The notes under the pieces were generated by a model. That model searched no databases, was not told the DNA's origin, and saw nothing but the letters and a program-made list of their open reading frames with translations. Made by a program: the position numbers and the translations under genes. From positions 91,387 to 155,386 of the IMG/VR virus record IMGVR_UViG_3300021959_007960: a DNA stretch of 64,000 nt. One strand, written 5' to 3'. How positions within the stretch are numbered: the stretch's first letter is position 1; each line of letters begins with the position of its first letter. Below are positions 30,384 to 39,698 of the stretch, piece by piece. This DNA comes from a virus.

Positions 30384-30687
30384 ATTTTTTTAACCACTCC
30401 GTAAAGTTATAAGGGGTAAAACCACGCAATTCACCAATCTTTTTATCGTTGTCAAAGATAAATGAAGTAGGATAAACTTTTATATGTAACTTATTTACTA
30501 ATTCAGGATGCTCGTCAATATCAATGTATTCTAAATCAAAATTCTTAATAATATCTGGATTATCTTTCATATACTGTTTTTGCTTAACACAGTATGGACA
30601 CCAATCTGCGCCTATAACAAGAAGGTCTTTGGCGTATGCTGTACTACAACTTAACAGTAGTAGAATTAATAATTTGAATAATTTCAT
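30376..30687 (-). CDS. Exported thioredoxin-like protein
   Basis: Signal peptide, ADWCPYC, cis-Pro YPT. Confidence 0.85.
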   Translation of the reverse strand: MKLFKLLILLLLSCSTAYAKDLLVIGADWCPYCVKQKQYMKDNPDIIKNFDLEYIDIDEHPELVNKLHIKVYPTSFIFDNDKKIGELRGFTPYNFTEWLKKYE

Positions 30688-30866
30688 TTGGAGGTATTCC
30701 TATTAGTAAATAATATTCATATAAGCTAAACATATATACACCCCCATAGATTATTGTTTATTTTCTGTCTTTTGCTAGATTAACAAAAAAACAAACTACA
30801 CTTAAATCTACAACAACTACGATCCACCATACACTTAAAACATCTAGTAAAGTATGATCCATCTTT

Positions 30867-31571
30867 TTAACTTTCTAGTACATAAGACCAGTAACGAGAG
30901 TCTTGCTTGTCTTGCAAGTCATCCCAATATACACATCTGGCAATATATGATGGTATTTTATTCTTACCACAATTTACACTCCAATGCTGTTCCATTTTTT
31001 TGTATTTTTCTGTACCTACTTTGCTCTTATTATAGCTTAGATGTTCCATGTTGTAAAGGCGAAGCTGATGAACATCTCCACATAAAACTCTTGCTTCATT
31101 AGGATGAATCATTTCTAAAGCAAAACTAACCTTAGCCATACCCAATCCAATAATCTTATCTACAATAGCATCACGTTTTTTGACATGGTATTTTTTAGTA
31201 GTAAGATAGAAATCTTTAGGATTTTTCCAAAACTGTTCACTGAAATTCCAAATATACTTTGTCCTGTTGTTATAAAGACCAACACCAGAATGTTTCAGTT
31301 TGTCTAAGAGCGTTTCTTGGTCGTCAATCCATTCTTCGTAGTTCTTAATGGCATTGTAGCCACGGCAATTCCCCTGCCAACTTGTATGAACAGAACAATA
31401 AGCAAACAAATAACGCCTAAAAATATCGCCGTGATTCTGTGGTCGTACACTCTCCCAGTACTCCTTATATGCTTTAATCTTATCTCTAGGAAATTCTTTA
31501 AAAAATTCATCAGCCTTACTTCTGCAATATGTCGTATTCTTTTCTGTTTTAGTTTCTGTTGCAATAACCAT
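30867..31571 (-). CDS. HhH DNA-glycosylase-fold protein
   Basis: FAYCSVHTSW, GLYNNR, IGLGMAKVSFALEM, CGDVH; start refined to ATG 31571. Confidence 0.55.
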   Translation of the reverse strand: MVIATETKTEKNTTYCRSKADEFFKEFPRDKIKAYKEYWESVRPQNHGDIFRRYLFAYCSVHTSWQGNCRGYNAIKNYEEWIDDQETLLDKLKHSGVGLYNNRTKYIWNFSEQFWKNPKDFYLTTKKYHVKKRDAIVDKIIGLGMAKVSFALEMIHPNEARVLCGDVHQLRLYNMEHLSYNKSKVGTEKYKKMEQHWSVNCGKNKIPSYIARCVYWDDLQDKQDSRYWSYVLES

Positions 31572-31609
31572 GATAGTCTCCAAAAGTTTCAAGTCCTGTG
31601 ATACATTCA

Positions 31610-31651
31610 ATTCTATACTATTGGTATCGTCTTGTCAAGGTGCAATCTTTA
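31610..31651 (-). promoter_or_regulatory. Interleaved sigma-70 and sigma-28-type promoter
   Basis: TAAAGATT-N12-GACGATAC overlapping TTGACA-N17-TAGAAT. Confidence 0.75.
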
Positions 31652-31660
31652 AAATATTTT

Positions 31661-32203
31661 CTACGGTTGTTGCATCATGTAACTGCTATCTCTGTAAGTT
31701 TTGATTAGTAAATTTCTTAAATCTGCAAATTCATCCACTGCTTGCACCACTCCGGGCCAAGCATTACTGTTGTAATCATGTCCGCAAATAAATCCTCCTG
31801 ATTTAATTTTTTTAGGCCAAGTTTCCAAATCTCTTTTTACTGTATCATAATCATGGTCCGCATCTATATAAACCATATCTATGCTATTGTCTTGTATTAT
31901 CTTAGCATATTGTTCAGATGCCTCAAACCATATTTTTGCTCTACTATATCTTAATCTTTGTTGTATATCCTCGTTCTCAAAAGGGTCAACACAGTGTAAT
32001 ATATTAACAAACGGAAAAGCAGATATAATTAAAGCTGACTCACCCCTATGAGAACCAATTTCAACACATTCTATTTTATCACTATCTTTCAGCGTATTGA
32101 TATCACACATCATTTGTATCAATCCAGATATTTGATTTCCGTTATTTTTATCCCAATCTGGAAAAAATCTCATACTTTTTATAGAAGTAGGATCATCTGT
32201 CAT
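31661..32203 (-). CDS. SAM methyltransferase (Methyltransf_24-like)
   Basis: VEIGSHRGES, VDPF, YIDADHDY, GGFICGHDY. Confidence 0.85.
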   Translation of the reverse strand: MTDDPTSIKSMRFFPDWDKNNGNQISGLIQMMCDINTLKDSDKIECVEIGSHRGESALIISAFPFVNILHCVDPFENEDIQQRLRYSRAKIWFEASEQYAKIIQDNSIDMVYIDADHDYDTVKRDLETWPKKIKSGGFICGHDYNSNAWPGVVQAVDEFADLRNLLIKTYRDSSYMMQQP

Positions 32204-32886
32204 TAGTGTAACCTCACTCTATCACATTCTCTAACATCATTATTATAGGATTCAATGTACTCCCACGCCAAACTATATCTAAAATCGTCGGAAGTATTTT
32301 CATAGCACCCATGTACTAAATTTATGTCAAACAGTACTGCATAAGGTGCTTTTAGTTCTAAGTCTAATATATCATATTTTCTAAGATGAGAATTGTCAAT
32401 CCATTTTACATACTTATTTATCTTACTTGTAATTTCATGTGGGAATATACCCTGTGTATGAGAGTTCTTTACTAATCTCAAACAACCGTTCTCTTTATTG
32501 GTGTCTGTTAGATATACAGCACAACTTAATATTTTTTTATTGTCACCGTTAAAATAATAATTGTCTTGGTGCATAAATGTTGATGTACCAGTTTTAGGTT
32601 GCATTGGGAAAAATTTACTTATGTAACAATCAAGAGTATCACTTGTTTGTATTATATTCTTTGCGTGAGCAACTAGAGTAGCATTGTTAGCCAAGTTTCT
32701 AAAGGCTTCATTGTTTGTACAGGCATAATTTATTTTGTTTAATTGTCCACGCTCATCCCATTCGTAATGTTTATTATTCTTGTTCTTCTGTGCTTGATTA
32801 TATAAGCCATCACAAGTATGTAATAATTCTTGATGTTCTTCTTTAGATAAGAAGTTTTCTATAACTAGGTATCCTTCATCCATCAT
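32203..32886 (-). CDS. PhyH-family 2OG-Fe(II) dioxygenase
   Basis: GYLVIENFLS, HQDNYY, ENGCL..SH, LVHG, R. Confidence 0.9.
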   Translation of the reverse strand: MMDEGYLVIENFLSKEEHQELLHTCDGLYNQAQKNKNNKHYEWDERGQLNKINYACTNNEAFRNLANNATLVAHAKNIIQTSDTLDCYISKFFPMQPKTGTSTFMHQDNYYFNGDNKKILSCAVYLTDTNKENGCLRLVKNSHTQGIFPHEITSKINKYVKWIDNSHLRKYDILDLELKAPYAVLFDINLVHGCYENTSDDFRYSLAWEYIESYNNDVRECDRVRLH

Positions 32887-33472
32887 AAGTATATCCCATT
32901 AATTCTATGGCTTTATAATCTTTTTCGTAAACCTTATCTATCAACTCTTTAGTATAATAATCTTTGTAGTCATACTTTTTATTTTCATTTAGATGTGGGA
33001 TTTTATTTGAATCTAAATTTATATTAAACCTATCAAAAAATTTTAATAATTCTTCTTTATAATTTTCAAATTTAGCTATGTAATCTACAGTCTTCTTGTA
33101 ATCTTTCGAGTACAACCAGTAAAATTGAGGTGGTTGATTGTCAATATAAAATTCCAAGGATTGGTTTTTTTTGAAATGCCTGTTGTGATAGAGCATAAGC
33201 GAAACTAATCTAGCCCAAGGGTTTCTAACAAAAGAAAAACTAAAATATGTATCTGGATCATAACCATCAATTTTCAAGTCGTATATAGCAGCAGTCAGGT
33301 TTGAGTGTTGTTTATACTTACAGGAATTATATTTTCCTGCAAAACTTAATTCTTCACATTCACGGAAACCATCCCTGTGCTGTGCCTTTGTTGCTAGACA
33401 TGCTCTAAAAGTTCTAGTACCAGTTTTAGGTATATCTATTGTAAAAAATTTATGATTATGTGAAACTAACAT
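32876..33472 (-). CDS. Sulfotransferase family 2
   Basis: IDIPKTGT, FVRNPWARLVS, KFEN. Confidence 0.85.
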   Translation of the reverse strand: MLVSHNHKFFTIDIPKTGTRTFRACLATKAQHRDGFRECEELSFAGKYNSCKYKQHSNLTAAIYDLKIDGYDPDTYFSFSFVRNPWARLVSLMLYHNRHFKKNQSLEFYIDNQPPQFYWLYSKDYKKTVDYIAKFENYKEELLKFFDRFNINLDSNKIPHLNENKKYDYKDYYTKELIDKVYEKDYKAIELMGYTYDG

Positions 33473-34068
33473 CAGTCACCAAACGTATAATTAAAAAAGT
33501 CTATGTCTTCTCTATAATCTTCAGCTATCTTGTCACGCATTTCATCTGTGTAGTACTCTGTGTAATGTCTATGATTTGTTTTCTTTTTATGTGGTAATTG
33601 CGAAAGGTCACAAGGCAGATCAAGAATATTGCACACATTTTTTACGTCTTCATGTAGTTTCTCAAATCGTATGTAATAATCCATTTCTAAATTATAAAAA
33701 TCATGCAAAGTTCTAAAGCTAAAATGTTTTTCATTTGAATACATACAGTATTGTTCAAACGTGCTTGGTGTGTCTAATTGTTTTTGAGTTTTACAAAAAA
33801 AATAACTAGACAGTTTTCTGTCCCAAGGATTTCTTACACAACCAAATTTAAAATATTGATTCCAAACTTCATCATTATTTAGCTTTGTTTTAATTTCCAA
33901 TGGACTCATGTGGTTCCACCAATCACAATTATCCGGTATCGGGTTTGGGCCTCTGTATCCTACAATATCTGAATCTTTGCAAAATCTTTCAAAAAATATT
34001 TCTACAGATGTAGATGCTGTTTTGTACCCTTTAACATATATAAATTTATGGGAGTGACATATTATCAA
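33472..34068 (-). CDS. Sulfotransferase family 2
   Basis: KTASTS, VRNPWDRKLSSY, IRFEKL. Confidence 0.85.
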   Translation of the reverse strand: MIICHSHKFIYVKGYKTASTSVEIFFERFCKDSDIVGYRGPNPIPDNCDWWNHMSPLEIKTKLNNDEVWNQYFKFGCVRNPWDRKLSSYFFCKTQKQLDTPSTFEQYCMYSNEKHFSFRTLHDFYNLEMDYYIRFEKLHEDVKNVCNILDLPCDLSQLPHKKKTNHRHYTEYYTDEMRDKIAEDYREDIDFFNYTFGD

Positions 34069-34742
34069 AATTTATACTTTCCTACCTCTATATCTAACTT
34101 GTAGTAATCAGCTATCATATCTCTGGTTTCCTTGTTATAGTATTCTCTATAATTTTTGCTTTCTACCTTTTCTTTTTCCTTCCAACCATCAGGGTCTATA
34201 ATTTTAAATTCTGCCCTACCTACTTTAGTTTCAAGAATAGAATCATTTATATCGTCCATAATTTTATTTACATCTAGTTCTTCAGTTTTATATAATTTAA
34301 ATTTACTATAATCTTCTCCAAACATCTCTTCAATATTTCTACAAGCATATTTAAATAGGTTGTTGCGGTTGGCTTTATCAAATTTAAAAAGCCATTCTGT
34401 AAAAGTGCAAGAAGTTCCTTCTTCACGCTTTCCCCCATATTTATAATCCCAAAAAGCCATTCCGTTCTTGTCTGGTTTGGCGTAATGATACAAACTTACT
34501 ATTCTCTCCCAAGGGTTTCTAATAGTTGAAAAAAGAAAAAAAGTACTAATATCAATATTATGTTCAGTCAAAACATATTTTGACACATCCTTGTATGTTA
34601 CGTGTGGATTGTTTCTGTTTTGTTTTTGTATACTATCGATGAGTTCTTTATCTTTTATTTTATAGAAATGTTTTCTAATTGTACTACTAGCGCATTTGGC
34701 GTTAGAAATATATAGGATTTTATGTTCAGTATTAATAATCAT
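34065..34742 (-). CDS. Sulfotransferase family 2
   Basis: KCASST, IRNPWERIVSLY. Confidence 0.85.
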   Translation of the reverse strand: MIINTEHKILYISNAKCASSTIRKHFYKIKDKELIDSIQKQNRNNPHVTYKDVSKYVLTEHNIDISTFFLFSTIRNPWERIVSLYHYAKPDKNGMAFWDYKYGGKREEGTSCTFTEWLFKFDKANRNNLFKYACRNIEEMFGEDYSKFKLYKTEELDVNKIMDDINDSILETKVGRAEFKIIDPDGWKEKEKVESKNYREYYNKETRDMIADYYKLDIEVGKYKF

Positions 34743-34744
34743 TA

Positions 34745-36397
34745 TTAATAATTGTTTAAGTCGAATTGATGGTCACTAATGAATTTATTAAAGTTTACAC
34801 CATTCCAATAGTCTTCTATAGTAGTAGCTGATAAATGACGATACCAATCGTGTGAGCCAAACTTTTCAACATAGTAAGTATGAATAACAATAGCCTCTTC
34901 TTTACTTGTAATATCAGAACATCGTTCAGTAGTTTTATGGCAATGTTTTATAATTATATCATTACAAGGATTCCAAGCCTGATATTGCTTAGATTTATAA
35001 ATACAATAATCTAAAATCACATCACAATAAAAAGTACCTATGATAATATCATCTGGTAATAATTCAAAATCATCAACCATAGGTGATCTAAATATCCAAG
35101 CATCTTGAGAACAAAAAGCATCTCTATGTCTATCTTGCAGTAGCTTTCCATCATCTTCATGTCTTGTAAGAGCAATCATATCTCTAGGTCTAAGTCCTCT
35201 TATCTTTGATAAGTCATCATTAAAAAGAATATCATTGTTTGCTACAATACACTGTGTATTAACAATGTTTTTATTTGTATAAGCAAATATTTTTTTAAAG
35301 GACATTCTGCAAATGGTATTGTTTACAATTATTTTTTCTTCATAATCTTTTTTTAATTCATAAAATTCTGGAAAGTCTTCATAGTTTTCTAAAAAGATAT
35401 GAACCTTAGCTATGTATTTGTTTTGTAGGTTTAGTTTTAGGCAGTCAAGAATCTCTTTTGTTCTTTCTGGTAGTGGGTCTTTGTAAAGATTAATAACTAA
35501 TTCAAAAGTTGATTGACCATATTTTTTATTCATATAGTTCAAAGTTTTGTGTGTATGATTATCTTTTCTGTTGTACCCCCTAACACGATGACTATGGGGA
35601 TTATGATATACTGGAACACAATTAGGTTCAAAATAAATATTTTTTCTAGTAAGACCAAGGTTTTCTAGCTTTTCAAACATTTCACAATCTTCTCTACCAT
35701 AATTGTCAATGTCTTCATTATATAATCCAACATCTATAAAAAACTTTTTATGGCAACATATAATTCCATTGAGATTTTTAATAAAACCCAGTTCATTATC
35801 AAGATAACACTGATTCCAATTACCCGCAACAAACTGTCCCGGTGATATATCAATTAAACTTTGTAATGGAACATAGGGGTTAAGTATGTAATCCACATCC
35901 ATCTTTAATATTTTTTCATGTTTGGCAGCTTTTATAGCGATATTAATAGGCTTGCTGGCATTATAAAACTTTTCACCTTCTATCCTGATAACTTTAATTC
36001 TGGCATCAACATTTTCAAGATGTTTTAAACTTTTTTCGGATGACCAATCTACAATTATAATCTCTTTAATCTGTGGGTGTAAAATCCAAGACCTTAAACT
36101 TACACTCAACATATTCTCTCTGTCTTTACAAGCAACTACAAGAGATATATCCTCAAACAAAATCTTTGGATCGTATTCTTTTACATCTTCATGGTTTTCG
36201 TATGGTTTTTTGAGTTCATTCTCACCAAAAGTAATCCAATGGTGATATAGTCTTTGTCTTTCAGTAAATCCATTGTCTTTACAATATGGTTGATAATAAT
36301 CTTTTACATCATACGTGTGAGCGTAAAATTCATCATCAAACTCTTTTGGAACACTGTTGTTTTCATAAAAAGCATCTATAGATATTGGCTCATTCAT
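34745..36397 (-). CDS. Multidomain glycosyltransferase (GT2/GT7-like plus a second GT-A-like domain)
   Basis: ACKDR, IVDWSS, KMDVD, YNE...YGRED; second domain ANNDI, SQDAWIF. Confidence 0.75.
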   Translation of the reverse strand: MNEPISIDAFYENNSVPKEFDDEFYAHTYDVKDYYQPYCKDNGFTERQRLYHHWITFGENELKKPYENHEDVKEYDPKILFEDISLVVACKDRENMLSVSLRSWILHPQIKEIIIVDWSSEKSLKHLENVDARIKVIRIEGEKFYNASKPINIAIKAAKHEKILKMDVDYILNPYVPLQSLIDISPGQFVAGNWNQCYLDNELGFIKNLNGIICCHKKFFIDVGLYNEDIDNYGREDCEMFEKLENLGLTRKNIYFEPNCVPVYHNPHSHRVRGYNRKDNHTHKTLNYMNKKYGQSTFELVINLYKDPLPERTKEILDCLKLNLQNKYIAKVHIFLENYEDFPEFYELKKDYEEKIIVNNTICRMSFKKIFAYTNKNIVNTQCIVANNDILFNDDLSKIRGLRPRDMIALTRHEDDGKLLQDRHRDAFCSQDAWIFRSPMVDDFELLPDDIIIGTFYCDVILDYCIYKSKQYQAWNPCNDIIIKHCHKTTERCSDITSKEEAIVIHTYYVEKFGSHDWYRHLSATTIEDYWNGVNFNKFISDHQFDLNNY

Positions 36398-36403
36398 AAT
36401 GTT

Positions 36404-37723
36404 TTATACAGTTCTCATATCTCCATGTAGTATTTTAAATGTTGGAAACCTGAGACTAATACCACCTTCCTGATTCTTAGTCTCTTCAAAATACTGCACT
36501 GTTATAATTTTACCTAAGATAGCATCAGGGTTTTTGTAAAAGTCTTGTCTTTGTTCTATAGTAAACCCACTACCAACTTTGACAAGGTTATCTTTGTGTT
36601 TAATATAAACACAGGATAGCATTTCTTCTTCACATTCTTTACCGTCTAATGTGAGAGGAAACATACCCATTTCAGTGTCTATTACCTCATACTCGGAATC
36701 ATGGAAAGTTTTTACTTTAAGTAAATCTTTACTACGTTTACCTTTGTAGGTTACATTCTTACGCAACATAACACCTTCCCAACCATTGTTATCTGCTTTA
36801 GACACCCACTGTTGGAAATGGTCATCATCATTTACTATCTCCATTTCTAATACAGATAGGCAGGGACACCTATTATCTTCCATAGTAAACAATAGTTCTT
36901 TATATCTTTGATAAAGATTATCATTACTTTTCTTTGCCTTAAACTCATCTTGAGTCATCATATCAAAAATTTTATAAGAAGGATTCTTAATAGTATGATC
37001 TTTCTTGCGTAGTTGTTTCATAATACTCTGAAAATCTTCATTACCGTGTTCGTCAATCAAACACAGTTCTCCATCAAAAACTACATCAGTAAGCCCCAAA
37101 TCACTAATCCCATCAGCGACCACACCAAGAGTAAGGAACTCTTTTCCTGTGCGGGAATAGAAGGTAGTATTACCAAAATTATCAACAATAGCAAGACATC
37201 TAACACCATCCAGTTTCCTTGAAACAAACCACTCATCTTTCCACTCCACTAATTTAGGTTCATATTTTTCTGCAAGAGCAACACTGAACTCTGGTATAAA
37301 ATCAGGAATAACTTTATTTATAAGTTTTATACCAACCTTAGTTTTGAGGTCTTTATCTAAAATACAATAGACAAGTTCTTCTTGCTCTGGATTCTTATTG
37401 ATATAAGCATTAACTATTCTGATAGCATCATGCCCTGTATATCTACGAAGAGTTAAATCATTAAAGAGTTGACATAAACCATACCCCGGTTCACAATCTC
37501 CAAAGAATAAATCTGATCGCTTTTTAACTTGGCTACTTGTTAAGCCATACATAAGATAATCATTGTGTGCTAGATTCAATACATTTCTAGCATGAAGTTG
37601 ATCTCCATTATCTTCATCTTTACCTGCTTTGCAATACTTGGCTATAATTTCTTGTTTGGCAATCGTACCGCTGTTGTTACGCAGTTCGTCGATCATAGAC
37701 ATAACATATTCTGTGCTGTTCAT
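36404..37723 (-). CDS. ATP-dependent DNA ligase
   Basis: KLDGVR, FDGE, EGVMLR, KVK, VGSGF, SLRFPTF. Confidence 0.95.
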   Translation of the reverse strand: MNSTEYVMSMIDELRNNSGTIAKQEIIAKYCKAGKDEDNGDQLHARNVLNLAHNDYLMYGLTSSQVKKRSDLFFGDCEPGYGLCQLFNDLTLRRYTGHDAIRIVNAYINKNPEQEELVYCILDKDLKTKVGIKLINKVIPDFIPEFSVALAEKYEPKLVEWKDEWFVSRKLDGVRCLAIVDNFGNTTFYSRTGKEFLTLGVVADGISDLGLTDVVFDGELCLIDEHGNEDFQSIMKQLRKKDHTIKNPSYKIFDMMTQDEFKAKKSNDNLYQRYKELLFTMEDNRCPCLSVLEMEIVNDDDHFQQWVSKADNNGWEGVMLRKNVTYKGKRSKDLLKVKTFHDSEYEVIDTEMGMFPLTLDGKECEEEMLSCVYIKHKDNLVKVGSGFTIEQRQDFYKNPDAILGKIITVQYFEETKNQEGGISLRFPTFKILHGDMRTV

Positions 37724-37759
37724 AATAGTATCCTGTGTCCTGTGATTCCTGTTCCTTAC

Positions 37760-37798
37760 AGTATATCTTATATCGTCATGTCTGTCAAGTAAACTTTA
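37760..37798 (-). promoter_or_regulatory. Interleaved sigma-70 and sigma-28-type promoter (ligase)
   Basis: TAAAGTTT-N13-GACGATAT overlapping TTGACA-N17-TATACT. Confidence 0.7.
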
Positions 37799-38074
37799 TT
37801 TATTCCATTCTTTAGAACGGTATTGGTATACTATTTTTTTAAATGCTTCTACTCTATTTTTTAATGCAAGATATTCATTTTGATCTGTAAAAATTTTATT
37901 TAATTTATTTACCAAATCAGAACCAGCGGTAGAAAAGTAAGCAGGAATTAAAGAATGTAAGATAAGAAATATTCCGTAACACAAACACAAAACACCATAA
38001 CCCGAAGCAAATCTAAAGTGTTCCCAATATGTCATACTATTGTCTTGCAAATGTATTTTACTTTTTTTGAACAT
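37796..38074 (-). CDS. DUF6356-like small protein
   Basis: HLQDNSMTYWEHFRFA...HSLIP. Confidence 0.65.
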   Translation of the reverse strand: MFKKSKIHLQDNSMTYWEHFRFASGYGVLCLCYGIFLILHSLIPAYFSTAGSDLVNKLNKIFTDQNEYLALKNRVEAFKKIVYQYRSKEWNK

Positions 38075-38122
38075 TAGATGTATCTCCAAGTTATAGTGAT
38101 GCTCAACACTATAATATACACC

Positions 38123-38404
38123 TTATGTTTTAAGAAATTTTATATATCTCCAATGAAAAGTGTGATGTATGTCAAAGTTTTCACAAAATATATATAGATT
38201 CATACATCTAAAAGCGGCACAATCTTTTCTTATCTCCGGTTCAATAACTTCTATTTCAATATGCGTAAACATAAACGTACTATGAAAGTATGTTATCTGC
38301 TTTGGTCTACCATCTATTAAAAACCTAAGTACCTGATTATGCCGAAGTATGTGTACTCCGCTTAGAAGCAAATATAGAGACAATAGTAGTACTTTAATTT
38401 TCAT
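38123..38404 (-). CDS. Hypothetical protein with N-terminal hydrophobic segment
   Basis: 93 aa ORF. Confidence 0.5.
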   Translation of the reverse strand: MKIKVLLLSLYLLLSGVHILRHNQVLRFLIDGRPKQITYFHSTFMFTHIEIEVIEPEIRKDCAAFRCMNLYIFCENFDIHHTFHWRYIKFLKT

Positions 38405-38903
38405 AAGTGGAGGCGATGTTCTGTTCTACAACTCGCTTACATAATAACACAAATTCTTCAGTTGTTAAGTCACTTTTTGCCATATTTATTTGTCTTGTTA
38501 CTATCTGGCAATTATCTAGTGAATTTTCTCCACCCCTAGATCGTGGTATCATATGATCCAAAGAATATGTTTCTGGTTTTGACAAGTCTATAGGAACTCC
38601 GGTTATTGCACAAGTAGGGTTATTTCCTATTTTATTTAGTAGGTCTTCTTTTGTAAACTTAGGGTCTTTCATTGCGTTTCCATTAAAGTGGTATATTTTT
38701 TCATAAACCTTTCTTTCAGTGAACGCATGAACCTTTTTTCTTAATGGGTCTTTCTTTCTGTTTTTTTGGATTCTTGCTGCTACTCTCGCCTTCCCACCCT
38801 TTGAACAATGAAAAGAAATTGTAGATTTAGAACAACCAAGTCGATCCTGAATCTGGTTGTAGGTTAAACCTTCTGATCTTAGTTTTAGTATTTGTTCTTT
38901 CAT
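38394..38903 (-). CDS. HTH + HNH homing-type endonuclease
   Basis: N-terminal HTH (GLTYNQIQDRLGCSKSTISFH); CAITG, SLDHMIPRSRGG, NCQIV..INMAK. Confidence 0.85.
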   Translation of the reverse strand: MKEQILKLRSEGLTYNQIQDRLGCSKSTISFHCSKGGKARVAARIQKNRKKDPLRKKVHAFTERKVYEKIYHFNGNAMKDPKFTKEDLLNKIGNNPTCAITGVPIDLSKPETYSLDHMIPRSRGGENSLDNCQIVTRQINMAKSDLTTEEFVLLCKRVVEQNIASTYEN

Positions 38904-38926
38904 AATTCAATCCTAAGTGGAGGCGA
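38404..38926. repeat. 13-bp direct repeat (tmRNA 3' end) flanking the HNH gene
   Basis: TAAGTGGAGGCGA at 38404-38416 and 38914-38926. Confidence 0.85.
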
Positions 38927-39257
38927 GGGGAATTGAACCCCTGTCCAGCATAAATTCCATATAAACTTCTACATCGTTAGTCTGTTGTTATTAATACTAC
39001 AGACAAAACTGTTTGTCTTTCCAACGTCAAAGTGATTACACTTATCGACCTTCTTAGTTCAGGTAGGACAACCCTATCCGATTATCGGAGTCAGCATAAT
39101 TGGGTAAAAAGGTTTATGCAACCCCTCTCACCTAAGCGGCGAGTGCTAATACAGAAGTATCGGCAATTAAAATGTGATCTATTTTTAAACTGGCCTTTAG
39201 ATCAACCAGTCGATGCAACCTATACTTCTATTCACCTGTCGAAACCAGTACGCCCCC
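38918..39257 (-). ncRNA. ssrA: tmRNA
   Basis: 5' GGGGGCGTACTGGTTTCGAC; 3' GACAGGGGTTCAATTCCCCTCGCCTCCA; G3.U70 pair; tag ORF ADTSVLALAA* at 39132-39164. Confidence 0.95.
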
Positions 39258-39260
39258 AAT

Positions 39261-39313
39261 AAAAAACCCACCGCAGACTTATTATGAATAAGAGGATATT
39301 CTGCGATGAGTTT
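39261..39313 (-). terminator. Hairpin followed by T-tract between the ncRNA and tmRNA
   Basis: CGCAGA/TCTGCG stem with flanking pairing, then T6 on the minus strand. Confidence 0.45.
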
Positions 39314-39323
39314 AAAATATTTT

Positions 39324-39487
39324 GGATGGGGAGGAGTTATTTTATTACCTCCAAAGTTTCAGGGTATGATATGTCAATGTCCCTACTTTTAACCACTATC
39401 TCAAGACTGTATGGCACTTGCCCGTCCTCCTGAGCCTCGTGTGCTGTTGTGATCTCATACTGGCTACCACATTTTCAGCCACCATCC
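39324..39487 (-). ncRNA. Structured ncRNA of unknown family
   Basis: GGATGG/CCATCC closing stem enclosing several hairpins; no ORF. Confidence 0.55.
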
Positions 39488-39523
39488 TATAGCAGAGAAG
39501 CTAACTCCACTATATGTATTGTT

Positions 39524-39697
39524 TTATATTATTCTTTCTCCCAAAGGTTGTGTAAAAACTTCAATGTTCTGTCTAATTATAACAGGTGCTAGTTGTTTGT
39601 CAAGTCTTTTGATTTGAGAATGTTGAACAAAATTAGTAGCTATGCTTAACATTAATAAGCCCCATAATATCCATGTAGCAGGATGTATTTTATCCAT
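39524..39697 (-). CDS. Small membrane protein
   Basis: TM segment WILWGLLMLSIA. Confidence 0.55.
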   Translation of the reverse strand: MDKIHPATWILWGLLMLSIATNFVQHSQIKRLDKQLAPVIIRQNIEVFTQPLGERII

Positions 39698-39698
39698 T

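Noticed and set aside
39032-39262. 76-aa plus-strand ORF
   Set aside because: It is the antisense strand of the tmRNA
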